A stretch of DNA of 44,471 nt, from NCBI GenBank assembly GCA_003558085.1, contig PWMT01000027.1:1-44471 (forward strand). The letters are read 5' to 3'. A program made the translations under genes and the position numbers. The stretch comes from Methanobacteriaceae archaeon. Lineage in GTDB: Archaea; Methanobacteriota; Methanobacteria; Methanobacteriales; Methanobacteriaceae. Below, one piece after another: positions 19,196 to 28,780 of the stretch. The stretch's first letter is position 1. Each line of letters begins with the position of its first letter. The notes beneath the pieces were generated by a model. That model ran no database searches. It was not told the DNA's origin and was given only the letters and a program-made list of their open reading frames with translations.

Positions 19196-19972
19196 TTAAT
19201 TTAAACATCTAACTGATTTCATTATTTCTTGGGCATTAGTTATTTTTTTTTCTAAATCAAGTATTATATAGGCTTTATTACCTCTGCTTAAGCTGGAAGA
19301 TAGAATTAACTGTTTTTCTCCGATTAATTTAGCTCCATCTACCGGGGTATGTCCCACTATCATGGCCTGGCATCCAACATTTTTTAAAAATGAATCGATG
19401 TCATTATTATCATAATCCCCATAACGGTTCCATAAAAGTCCTAGCAGTTTCTGGTTATTCAAATAACTTACATCTGTTATATGGATAACATCTTCAATAC
19501 TGTTAACTTCTTTTGCAGGTCCCGCATGGCTAATGAATACTTTATTCCCGGTTTTAACAGCTATGGGAAGTTTTCTAAAGAAATCCTGATATTCTTTTAA
19601 TTTATCTAGCCATTTATCCTGAAATTTCTCTTTTAATAAAATTTCAAAGGTAGAGTTTAAATCTTCCATGTTCTTATAAATGGCAACTGAAGTGATAACT
19701 GACCACTCATGGTTTCCTAATAGGACATGAAAGTTGGTATCTTTTTCAAAATTAGATTTAACAGTCTCTAATAATTCAATTGATTCATCTTTATCATGGT
19801 CTATAGCATGTATAAAATCACCAATTAATACCAGATGATTATCTTCTTTTTTAAAATCCTTCCAAATATCCATTAATTTATTAAAATCAGTTAAATTACC
19901 ATGAATATCTGCAATTATCAAGGCCTTACCTTTTTTGGGCAATTCAACCAGACTACCCCTATAATTATGCAT
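19196..19972 (-). CDS. PPP/calcineurin-like metallophosphoesterase (putative Ser/Thr phosphatase)
   Basis: ADIHGN, GDFIH, LGNHE, SHAG, LLWN and GHTP motifs. Confidence 0.85.
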   Translation of the reverse strand: MHNYRGSLVELPKKGKALIIADIHGNLTDFNKLMDIWKDFKKEDNHLVLIGDFIHAIDHDKDESIELLETVKSNFEKDTNFHVLLGNHEWSVITSVAIYKNMEDLNSTFEILLKEKFQDKWLDKLKEYQDFFRKLPIAVKTGNKVFISHAGPAKEVNSIEDVIHITDVSYLNNQKLLGLLWNRYGDYDNNDIDSFLKNVGCQAMIVGHTPVDGAKLIGEKQLILSSSLSRGNKAYIILDLEKKITNAQEIMKSVRCLN

Positions 19973-20104
19973 GTTATCATATTTATTATTAATTTTATTA
20001 TATTAATAGTTTATATCACTAAGATTTTATATTCTACTAGATACAAAAATGGGTTTAATTAAGAACAAGCTCAAAGATTTTTAAATTAGGGGAGGGTTTC
20101 CTCT

Positions 20105-20518
20105 TTGCATAAGGGAAAATTGATGGGTATACTGGCCGGAATTACTTTTTTTATTATTATTTTAGCGTTGCTTAGTTATCTACAAACAGATTTTGACCAG
20201 AAGTTAATTATTGCGGTAAATAATGAAGAACCTACCTCAATTTTGATTACTCAAATTGAAGATGAAGCTGCAAGAGAGAGATCTAAAGCAAAAAATAACT
20301 TATTATCCAACATGTTGGATAGAAAATTTTGGTTTCAAATTGATAGTTTTAATGAATCTGATATTCAATTTTCTAAAGGAGTGTATATTAGACATATGAA
20401 ATTTATTAATGAGCAGGAGGAGTTAAGAAAAGATTTGGTAACTAAAAAAATTAATGTAGAAGAATTTACATTAGAAAGCAAAAGATTGGAAGAACTTTAC
20501 TACGCTAAGTTCTTTTGA
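20105..20518 (+). CDS. Hypothetical membrane-anchored helical protein
   Basis: SD GGGGAGG, N-terminal TM helix and a charged helical remainder. Confidence 0.7.
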   Translation: MHKGKLMGILAGITFFIIILALLSYLQTDFDQKLIIAVNNEEPTSILITQIEDEAARERSKAKNNLLSNMLDRKFWFQIDSFNESDIQFSKGVYIRHMKFINEQEELRKDLVTKKINVEEFTLESKRLEELYYAKFF

Positions 20519-20548
20519 ATAAAAATTTATTAATTACTATAATAAATA

Positions 20549-21109
20549 TCAATCCATTTCCTCATTTAAAATAGAATCTATCTGCTGGTGCACCTCTTCA
20601 ATACTGGGAGAGGTATTGATTATATGCCATTTTTGGGCTAGTTCTAAAGCTTTTCTTCTAACCTTTATTAAATCCTCTTTATTTTCAAACATCTCCTCAA
20701 AATCTCTCTCTTTTAAGCGTTGAAGCGCGTCATCTTCTTCTAGATCTAAAAAAAACATATAAGGTGAGGTAGGTAGAAATAGGGTGAAAATTTTATAGAA
20801 GATTTTAGCCAGGGGCAGTGGGAGGTAGGCCACACCCATAAGATATCTTACAAATATAACCGTATCTGCTTTTCCATAATATAAACGAACAGATCTTATA
20901 ACGTCTAATGCGTAATAAAAGGATGCTTTTAATTTATTTATTTTTCCTCTACCTAAAAGGGCATGCTTAGCCTGGATACCATAATAGTTGTCATCAGAGG
21001 GGTGGCTGCGGAGTATAACTGTTCCTTTTTTTTCACATCTCTTTTGGATTAAGTGGGCATGGGTGTCTTTTCCTGCACCATCCAATCCATCTATCACTAT
21101 AAATCGCAT
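20549..21109 (-). CDS. tmk: Thymidylate kinase
   Basis: FIVIDGLDGAGKDT P-loop, RSHP, FVRY and FFLD motifs; SD AGGTG. Confidence 0.82.
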   Translation of the reverse strand: MRFIVIDGLDGAGKDTHAHLIQKRCEKKGTVILRSHPSDDNYYGIQAKHALLGRGKINKLKASFYYALDVIRSVRLYYGKADTVIFVRYLMGVAYLPLPLAKIFYKIFTLFLPTSPYMFFLDLEEDDALQRLKERDFEEMFENKEDLIKVRRKALELAQKWHIINTSPSIEEVHQQIDSILNEEMD

Positions 21110-21154
21110 TCATACACCTTAATCTTGAAATAATTATATTAACGAGAATAGTTA

Positions 21155-21808
21155 TTATATTAACCCCATTATTAGATAGGCTCCCACCGCTCCAAAACAA
21201 GCAGTTAAATTATCTAATCCTCTAGGGGTGACTCCTTCCAGTATAGTGGCCACTAAAGAAATGATCACTATAGTAGTAAGATTTAGAGGATGATTATAGA
21301 ATAAGAAAACTATGATCAAAGAGAATATCAACACTAAAAACATGGAAATTGAACCTTCCAGACTTTTGGTATCTCCAAAGATATTATATTTATTTTTACC
21401 ATACCTTTCACCCATTAAGGAGGCTATTCCATCTCCATAGGACATGGCAGCAATTCCTACCGCTATAATCCAGGGCTGAGGAAAAAATAAAAAAGCCAGC
21501 ACCGTCCAGGAAATAGCATAATATACCAGTCCTAAACCATGTCCTGAAGTTGAAACTCGATGATTTAACTTTATAGGGGAATAAGGACTCATAATAAAAG
21601 TTAAAAATATAAATGGTGCTGCTGCAAGAAAGGTGATAGCCTCTCTGGTGGCAAATACTGGTAATATGAAGAGTATATTACCAACCATGATGTGTACAAA
21701 TTTTCGACTGAAACGAGGATAATTTTGGAGAACTTTAGCACTGATGATTAGTAACAGGGCTACATAACCATAAACAAATAATAGTCCTAGTAGGTCACTT
21801 GATTCCAT
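21155..21808 (-). CDS. SEC59/DGK1/VTE5-family polyprenol (dolichol/phytol) kinase
   Basis: SRKFVHI, GDGIASLMG, KSLEGS and GLDNL motifs; multiple TM helices. Confidence 0.88.
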   Translation of the reverse strand: MESSDLLGLLFVYGYVALLLIISAKVLQNYPRFSRKFVHIMVGNILFILPVFATREAITFLAAAPFIFLTFIMSPYSPIKLNHRVSTSGHGLGLVYYAISWTVLAFLFFPQPWIIAVGIAAMSYGDGIASLMGERYGKNKYNIFGDTKSLEGSISMFLVLIFSLIIVFLFYNHPLNLTTIVIISLVATILEGVTPRGLDNLTACFGAVGAYLIMGLI

Positions 21809-22037
21809 GAATTTATAAAGTCGTTCTACATATAAGTGAATTTGGATTTAATTCTAAAATGAATTTTTTAGATGAAATCTTCTAGGATTAATAAGGATCA
21901 TCACCTAATTTAAGATAATGATAATATTCTAAACTAATAATCTTTTTGGAGGATAAAAAAATTTGAGATTAGATCAATTGTCTAGTAGTTGTAGGGGAGA
22001 TATTTGATTAATTGTATTCTAGTTGTTGGTGTATTAA

Positions 22038-22874
22038 ATGAATGCTTATCTGGAAATATTAAGGCCGGGAAACGCCCTTATGGCAGTTATAACCGTATTA
22101 CTGATGGTTTTAATTAGTGAAAACTTCACTTTTGATGCGTTATTGGCCTGCGCCACCGTATTTATAGCTACTGGTGCTGGAAACTCTATTAATGATTATT
22201 TTGACCATAAAATTGATGCTATTAACCGTCCTAAACGGCCCATACCTTCTGGTAGGATATCAGTAAAAAATGCGGGGTTATATTCCTTGCTTCTTTTTTT
22301 TCTGGCTATATTGTTGGGTTTTATTATTGGGATTTTACCAGGAATCATTGTATTTTCCAGTTCCCTATTAATGATATATTATGCTTATGATCTAAAAAAG
22401 AAGTGTCTGATTGGTAATATAAGCATATCATTTTTAACTGGTCTTAGTTTTGTATTTGCTGGTGTAGTCCTAGGTGAAATACTTATATCAGTCTATCTAG
22501 CTATTTTCGCCTTTCTAATGACCATGGCCCGGGAAATCGTTAAAGACATGGAAGACATGGAAGGTGATAGAAAAGAAGGAGCTTCTACTTTGCCTCTGGT
22601 TAAAGGAGTGAAATTTTCTGCTAATTTAGCGGCATTTTTCATGTTTTCTGCTAGTTTTGCCAGTCCTATCTTATATTTTCTTGGAATTTTTAATATATTC
22701 TACCTTCTGGTGCTAATAGTGGCTATTGTGATTTTTTTAAAGGGAGCACTTTCGATAGTAAAGGACCAATCTAAGGTTACTACTAAGATTGTTTCTCGTA
22801 AAATAAAAACTGGTATGGCTATTACATTTTTAGCTTTTGCCTTAGGTTCTCCTCTAGTGGGATATTTATTTTGA
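22038..22874 (+). CDS. Digeranylgeranylglyceryl phosphate synthase (UbiA prenyltransferase)
   Basis: ILRPGN, INDYFDHKIDAINRPKRPIPSG and REIVKDMEDMEGD motifs. Confidence 0.92.
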   Translation: MNAYLEILRPGNALMAVITVLLMVLISENFTFDALLACATVFIATGAGNSINDYFDHKIDAINRPKRPIPSGRISVKNAGLYSLLLFFLAILLGFIIGILPGIIVFSSSLLMIYYAYDLKKKCLIGNISISFLTGLSFVFAGVVLGEILISVYLAIFAFLMTMAREIVKDMEDMEGDRKEGASTLPLVKGVKFSANLAAFFMFSASFASPILYFLGIFNIFYLLVLIVAIVIFLKGALSIVKDQSKVTTKIVSRKIKTGMAITFLAFALGSPLVGYLF

Positions 22875-23185
22875 TTGGATTTAAAAACATTTAAGGAATT
22901 TTCATGAATTTTTTATAATACCAAAAAAATAATCAAATTTCAATACTTTTTTTATGAGGACATCTAATTCATGATGTAAAATAACATTTAATAGTTTTTT
23001 TGTTCACTATTATCTTTATTGGTTTCTATAAAGCTTTTAAAACATCAATATTTGAATAAAAAGATGTTAATTCTTTTTTTAGAGTTAAAAACTTTTTATT
23101 AGATTGAATGAACATTTTAAATATTATTAAATACATAATCTAAAGAGTAGATTATTTTTTTAAAAAATGTCAGGGAGGTGAAAAA

Positions 23186-24826
23186 ATGAAAAAGAAAGCG
23201 ATGTTTATAACAGCAACATTAATACTAGCCCTGGTACTGGCAGGAGCTGTTAGTGCTAATGATGGGGAAAATAATGAAATTCCCATACTAAATGACTATT
23301 CTGATGATCCACTAGAAGAGCCTTATATCTGTGTAGAATTTGATAGTACACCGAAGGAATGTCCAGATAATGAACAAGTTACAATAAATAATAATGGGGA
23401 ACCAAATAATGGAAACACTAATAATGATATACCAGAAATTTATAAAATCTGTGTAAACCAGAGAGAAAGTGATTCCGCGGTACTACACTTTGATGTTTAC
23501 GGCCCTAAAGCTAAAGCAACCGATGCAATATTATTCTTAATACATGAAGAAACAGTGGAATGGCCTGAAGAAGGAGCGGGAAGAGATAAAGCTGACCTTA
23601 GATGCTGCCCTCCAGGCACTTCAGGGTACTGGCACTTCGTATATACGCCTGCAGGAATTTTTACTCTTAGTGGTTCTTCCTGTGTTATAGTAGAAGGAAT
23701 ACCGACCCGAATAACAGTTGAGGATGTACGTACTTGTCCCACTATCGGACCTACTTTAAAGGCATGCTTGGAATACTTTGATGCAACTGATGAGCAATGG
23801 AAACCGCTGCCCGGAAAAGAAATTTTCTTTTGCATAGTTATAACTGAAGATGAAGAGAATCCTCAATGTTTAGATCCGGCACCTACCGGTATTACTGGAG
23901 AGGATGGCTGTGTCGAAGTTACTATCGACCCCTTACCTAAATGTCCATTCACTGAAGATTTTTGTCTCTTTAGTCTATCTGCAATATTTAAAGGAGACGA
24001 CGAATATCAAAATTCACAAGGAACTGCAAACATTTTGGTGGAAAAATTCGAAACAAAAATACTAGATGTATCAGATGTTGAAGGCAACCAAGGTGAAGAG
24101 GTAACTCTATCTGCAAAATTAACCACAAATGCCACTCCACTGGAAGGTAAAACTATCATATTCAAAGTTAATGACCAAAAAGTAGGGGAAGCGGAAACTA
24201 ATGATCAAGGTGTAGCAGAATTTATATATACTATAGAAGAAAGCAAAGGAATCTACACCATAACAGCAAAATTTGAAGGTGATGATTGTTATTTAGATTC
24301 TGAAGGTCAAGGAGAACTAAAAGTACTTTCTGCTGCAGATGTGTCTATTACTAAGACGGTGGATGATCCCACTCCTGCTTTAGGTGATAGTGTGGTTTGG
24401 ACGGTTACAGTGACTAATGACGGTCCTGATGTGGCTACTGGTGTGCAAGTTGTTGATACTCCAGATCCTGGTTTAGACATTACTAGTTTTGTGGTTTCTA
24501 AAGGTGTTGTTGATGTAGACACTTTAACTTGGAATGTTGGTACTTTGGATGTTAATGAGTCTGCTACTTGGACTATAACTACTACTGTAACTAAGACGGG
24601 CATAATAAACAATACAGCTGAGGCAACTGGTGATAATTTTCTTCCAGTAAGTGATACTGCAACCATAGAAGTAGCAGAACCTGAACCTGAGCCTGATGTA
24701 GTGCCAGACCCTGAACCTGTTCCAGTGGATGCATTAATTCCAATGCTACCTACGGGTATGCCTATAGCAGCATTACTACTTGCTATTCTAGTGGTTCTTA
24801 GTGGACTAGTAATTGCTAAAAAATAG
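23186..24826 (+). CDS. Adhesin-like surface protein (Cys-rich N-terminus, Ig-like domains, DUF11 domain, C-terminal anchor)
   Basis: Signal peptide MKKKAMF...VSA, Ig-like repeats (F.GDD.Y..S.G), DUF11 ADVSITKTVD...VTNDGPDVATGVQVVD, a PEP linker, and IPMLPTGMP plus TM plus KK. Confidence 0.85.
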   Translation: MKKKAMFITATLILALVLAGAVSANDGENNEIPILNDYSDDPLEEPYICVEFDSTPKECPDNEQVTINNNGEPNNGNTNNDIPEIYKICVNQRESDSAVLHFDVYGPKAKATDAILFLIHEETVEWPEEGAGRDKADLRCCPPGTSGYWHFVYTPAGIFTLSGSSCVIVEGIPTRITVEDVRTCPTIGPTLKACLEYFDATDEQWKPLPGKEIFFCIVITEDEENPQCLDPAPTGITGEDGCVEVTIDPLPKCPFTEDFCLFSLSAIFKGDDEYQNSQGTANILVEKFETKILDVSDVEGNQGEEVTLSAKLTTNATPLEGKTIIFKVNDQKVGEAETNDQGVAEFIYTIEESKGIYTITAKFEGDDCYLDSEGQGELKVLSAADVSITKTVDDPTPALGDSVVWTVTVTNDGPDVATGVQVVDTPDPGLDITSFVVSKGVVDVDTLTWNVGTLDVNESATWTITTTVTKTGIINNTAEATGDNFLPVSDTATIEVAEPEPEPDVVPDPEPVPVDALIPMLPTGMPIAALLLAILVVLSGLVIAKK

Positions 24827-24836
24827 ATTTTTTAAT

Positions 24837-24866
24837 GGGGTAATTTCCCCAATTTTTTTTATTTTT
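24837..24866 (+). terminator. Intrinsic terminator after the adhesin gene
   Basis: GGGG-TAATTT-CCCC hairpin followed by T8 and further T tracts. Confidence 0.55.
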
Positions 24867-24991
24867 CGAATTATTAAGAATATATAAAAACTATCTCGAT
24901 TTTTTTAAGCATTACTTTTTATTACATTTTTTCTGAATTTTTTTAATTAACTACTTAATTATCAATTTTCCTGTGCAGATTTTCCAGTAAT

Positions 24992-25701
24992 TCAGCATAT
25001 ATTCAATTTTTTCTGCTGTTGTTTTTGTCTATTTATAGTGCTCTTATTATCTCCTGCTTGTACTCCATAATTACCAAACTGGTAATGATTTCCTCCTTCT
25101 AAAGTAATGAAGGTAATGTTTAAGGGGGATTTTTCCTGGTTGGAGTCAATATCTTCCTGGGTAATAAGATCTGTAGATCCTCTAATGGATAAGTCTTTTA
25201 AAAATGATTGGGAAGCATAGGAAGAGGGATATGCAGTTAAATAAATCACCCCCTCTATCTATCTTGATTATTCACCGCATATTCAGAGGCGAAAACCCCT
25301 CCTAGGGAGTGTCCGGCCATTACCCATGAATCAATTTTGGGATGGGCATTAATAACATCTTCGGCCCGATTTACTCCGAAAAATGCTAAATTAAAGGGCA
25401 TTTTAACACGATGGCAGTATACTCAGATCCCTGCTAGTTGTGAAATAAGTCTGCTGTAGGCTTCTGCTTCTACCTTTCCTCCCGGATAAAATATTATCCC
25501 TATTGAGCTTTCTTTTTCAGTGGGAGTAAAAGTAATGCTAGACTCAGTATTGATCACGTCATAATTTTCTGTAGGTCTAAGAGCAGCGAGTGCTTGGTTA
25601 TCAGCAGTATAATAATCAGATACATAAATACCAAAGGCTAGTATAGCAATCAATAATATGCTTAGAATAATTATGAGAATTAATTTCTTTTTAGACCTCA
25701 T
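24992..25701 (-). pseudogene. Frameshifted membrane-anchored alpha/beta hydrolase
   Basis: Fragments join into one hydrolase: IIFYPGGKV (5' ORF), KMPFNLAFF...MAGHSLGG (middle frame, not in the track) and IYLTAYP...EGGNHYQFG (3' ORF). Frameshifts near 25428, 25407 and 25258. Confidence 0.85.
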
Positions 25702-26269
25702 TTAATCATCCACTTTTCTAGCTACTATTATTCCATACCCAAACTATATATGTCATTAGCTAGTGAAATAAGCTTAGAAGTAAACTGAAAATCATTCAGT
25801 TTTTAGTAGCTATTTTTGTGAATTATTTTCTAAATAATGGGCGCATCCTTTTTCTTAGACTAAATTCAAATTACAAAGATAGTAAGGGGCATATGTTCTA
25901 GATAAAATTAATTGTAAGGACCAATAATCCAATAAGTGAAATCTTATAGACTTATAGAAAAAAATGTTTAAGCATTATTTATAATTTCTGGCTTATAAGA
26001 TTCTATAAAATAGTAATTAAATTTACAAGCTTTCAATAAAAAAAGCCTTTTTTTAGAACAAATTAAAAAAATAAATTATAAATTTTTCTATTATTAAAAA
26101 CCTTAATTTAGTTTATAGATGAATTAATTTAATTAAAATAGTTACTAAATGAGAATTAAAGATCTAATAATCATTTAATAAAAGATATTAGAGCTAATCT
26201 AAGATTTAGAGTATAAATTATTATTAATCAAAGTTAAGGAAAAAAAATAATTTTTTAGGAGATATAATT

Positions 26270-27616
26270 ATGAGTACCGAGATAATAGCCATTGGAGGCT
26301 ATGAAGAAGTAGGAAAAAACATGTCTGCAGTCAAGGTAGGCAAGGATATTGTAATATTTGATATGGGAATTCATTTGGATAGACTTCATATCCACGAAGA
26401 TACCTACATTGAGAAAATGCATAGTCTGGACCTGATTGAAAGAGGTGTTATTCCTGATGATACTTTAATGAGGGAAGTGGATGGTAAGGTGAAAGCCATT
26501 GTCTTTACCCATGGCCACCTGGATCATATTGGTGCGGTGGCTAAACTGGCCCATAGATACGACGCCCCCTTAATAGCCACACCCTACACCATGGCCCTTT
26601 TAGAGAAAACCATAAAAAGCGAGCGTAAATTTAAATTTGAAAACCAGCTCCAGATATTGAATTCAGGGGAAACCCTTCAGATTTCACCGGAGATAACCCT
26701 AGAGTTTATAAGAACCACCCATAGTATACCTCAAACCGTAACCCCGGCTCTGCATACTTCTGAAGGGATGATTGTATACTCTAATGATTTTAAATTTGAC
26801 AACCATCAGACTATCTCCTCTCCGCCTGACTATGAACGGTTCCGGGAGCTGGGAGAGAAAGGAGTACTGGCACTGATAGCAGATACTACTCGGGCAGCAG
26901 AACCAGATCAAGTTAAAACCCACTCTGAGAAAATTGCTCGAATAGTTCTCCAGGATATCATGGATCAACCTTTACAACAAGATGTGGGAATAATTGTAAC
27001 CACTTTCGCTTCACATATGGAGCGGATTCAGGCTATCAGTAATATTGTCTCTAAAAGTAATCGTAAGCTTCTACTCCTGGGGAGGTCCATGGAACGTTAT
27101 TGTACTCTCGCTGAGAATATGGGATTGCTTAAATTACCGGACCATGCTAGCATATATGGAAGCCCAAAAGCAGTTAATCGTGCTTTAGCCCAGGCCAATG
27201 ATAAAAGATCAGAGTATGTATTACTCACCACAGGTCATCAGGGAGAACCAGATGCATTATTACCTAGAATAGCAAATGATAAAACAGTCTTCGAGGTTGA
27301 AAGCGGAGATAATGTTATCATATCTGCACCGGTTATCCCTAACCCCTTAAATAAAGCTAATCGTAATCTAATGGAGCGTAGATTAAAAGGAAAAGGCGCC
27401 CGTATATTTACCAATGCCCATGTATCTGGACATGCTGGACGGGAGGATCACCGGGATTTTCTAAGAATGCTTCAACCTCAACACCTAATCCCTTCTCATG
27501 GAGATCTGGAAATGTTAACTGCTTATGCAGAGCTGGCAGAAGAAGAAGGTTATAAATTAGGTCATAATATCCATCTCTTGCGTAATGGCCAGGCACAAGT
27601 ATTTAATAAAAAATAA
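26270..27616 (+). CDS. rnj: Archaeal ribonuclease J (beta-CASP)
   Basis: IGGYEEVGKNM, THGHLDH, HSIP, DFKFD, TGHQGEP and HVSGHA motifs. Confidence 0.95.
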   Translation: MSTEIIAIGGYEEVGKNMSAVKVGKDIVIFDMGIHLDRLHIHEDTYIEKMHSLDLIERGVIPDDTLMREVDGKVKAIVFTHGHLDHIGAVAKLAHRYDAPLIATPYTMALLEKTIKSERKFKFENQLQILNSGETLQISPEITLEFIRTTHSIPQTVTPALHTSEGMIVYSNDFKFDNHQTISSPPDYERFRELGEKGVLALIADTTRAAEPDQVKTHSEKIARIVLQDIMDQPLQQDVGIIVTTFASHMERIQAISNIVSKSNRKLLLLGRSMERYCTLAENMGLLKLPDHASIYGSPKAVNRALAQANDKRSEYVLLTTGHQGEPDALLPRIANDKTVFEVESGDNVIISAPVIPNPLNKANRNLMERRLKGKGARIFTNAHVSGHAGREDHRDFLRMLQPQHLIPSHGDLEMLTAYAELAEEEGYKLGHNIHLLRNGQAQVFNKK

Positions 27617-27687
27617 TAATTCCTGAGGGAAAAATCCAGTCTTAAGAATTAAGTGGGTAAAAATTGATTTTATTAACTGAATTTTTC

Positions 27688-27713
27688 ATGGATGGTTCCA
27701 CCCCACCATCTAC
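27688..27713. terminator. Hairpin between convergent rnj and tspO
   Basis: GATGGT...ACCATC inverted repeat. Confidence 0.4.
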
Positions 27714-27738
27714 TGGATAATCACTAGTAATATAATCT

Positions 27739-28221
27739 TTAATTTAATATTAACAACCTATAATTTAGTATAGAAGCAAAGGTCACCCAGAGAAGATAGG
27801 GAACCATGATCCAAGCAGCTGGTCGGGATATGCGATAAAAACTGATAATGGTGGCTACAATTGCCACCCATAAAAAAATTATTTCCACGAAACTAGCCCG
27901 AAGATTATTGAAAGTGAAAAAGAGGATAGACCAGAAGAAATTTAAACCCAACTGTAGCGAAAAGAGTCCTAATGCAATTTTAACTTCTCTTCTTTTAAAA
28001 CCTTCCCTATAAACTAAAAAGGCAGCTAAACCCATAAGAATATATAAAACAGTCCAGACTGGACCAAAGATCCAATTGGGAGGAGTCCATTCTGGTTTAA
28101 TAAGATTAGCATACCATATATTCATGTCTCCTGGATTAAAAAATCCACTAAGACCCCCTACCATTAAACAAGCGAATATAAAAAGGATTAATAGTGGAAA
28201 ATCCTTTCTTTGCAATTTCAT
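27739..28221 (-). CDS. tspO: TspO/MBR tryptophan-rich sensory protein
   Basis: WYANLIKPEWTPPNWIFGPVWTVLY, LNFFWSILFF and PYLLWVTFA motifs. Confidence 0.93.
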   Translation of the reverse strand: MKLQRKDFPLLILFIFACLMVGGLSGFFNPGDMNIWYANLIKPEWTPPNWIFGPVWTVLYILMGLAAFLVYREGFKRREVKIALGLFSLQLGLNFFWSILFFTFNNLRASFVEIIFLWVAIVATIISFYRISRPAAWIMVPYLLWVTFASILNYRLLILN

Positions 28222-28242
28222 TTTATCAGAAAAAAGTGGGTT

Positions 28243-28716
28243 TTAATTTTTTAAAGCTACTATCTCCTTTACATCCACCAGCTTCCATACAAAGGAACAT
28301 TCCATTTGAATTAAACAGGCCAAAGGGTCATCAGGATCATGACCCAAGGCAGCCATTATTTTTTTAGAAAGACCCTTGTTTTCAATTAATGCTGCAAACT
28401 TTGTCCTGATTTCTCGCTGTTTTTCAGGATCGGTTTCTTCTACAATGCGGCCTCTTAGGGTTACGAACTTATATTCGGATAGATCAGGAGCATATTCTTC
28501 TATTTGCACTGCCACATGGGGGTTGTCTTTCAAGCGCTGGATTTTTTTTCCATACTTGGTGGATAGAAAATAAATGTGTTTATCATCAAAAAGATATAAA
28601 AATGGTGCAATGTAGGGATATTCTCCATTAAACGCTAAACGACTCATGAAATTATTATTTATAAGTTCATCATACTCTTCTTTTTCCATGAAAGGTATCT
28701 TATATAAACTCATCAT
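28243..28716 (-). CDS. Pyridoxamine 5'-phosphate oxidase-like flavin-binding protein (NimA-like)
   Basis: SRLAF, YPYIAPF and GKKIQRLKDNPHVAV split-barrel motifs. Confidence 0.85.
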   Translation of the reverse strand: MMSLYKIPFMEKEEYDELINNNFMSRLAFNGEYPYIAPFLYLFDDKHIYFLSTKYGKKIQRLKDNPHVAVQIEEYAPDLSEYKFVTLRGRIVEETDPEKQREIRTKFAALIENKGLSKKIMAALGHDPDDPLACLIQMECSFVWKLVDVKEIVALKN

Positions 28717-28780
28717 TACCACCTTCTTATTAATATTATTTTAATCTATATCATTAATTCTAAAATTAATCTACTTTAAG

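Noticed and set aside
23497-24666. Two minus-strand ORFs in the adhesin gene
   Set aside because: Antisense shadows.
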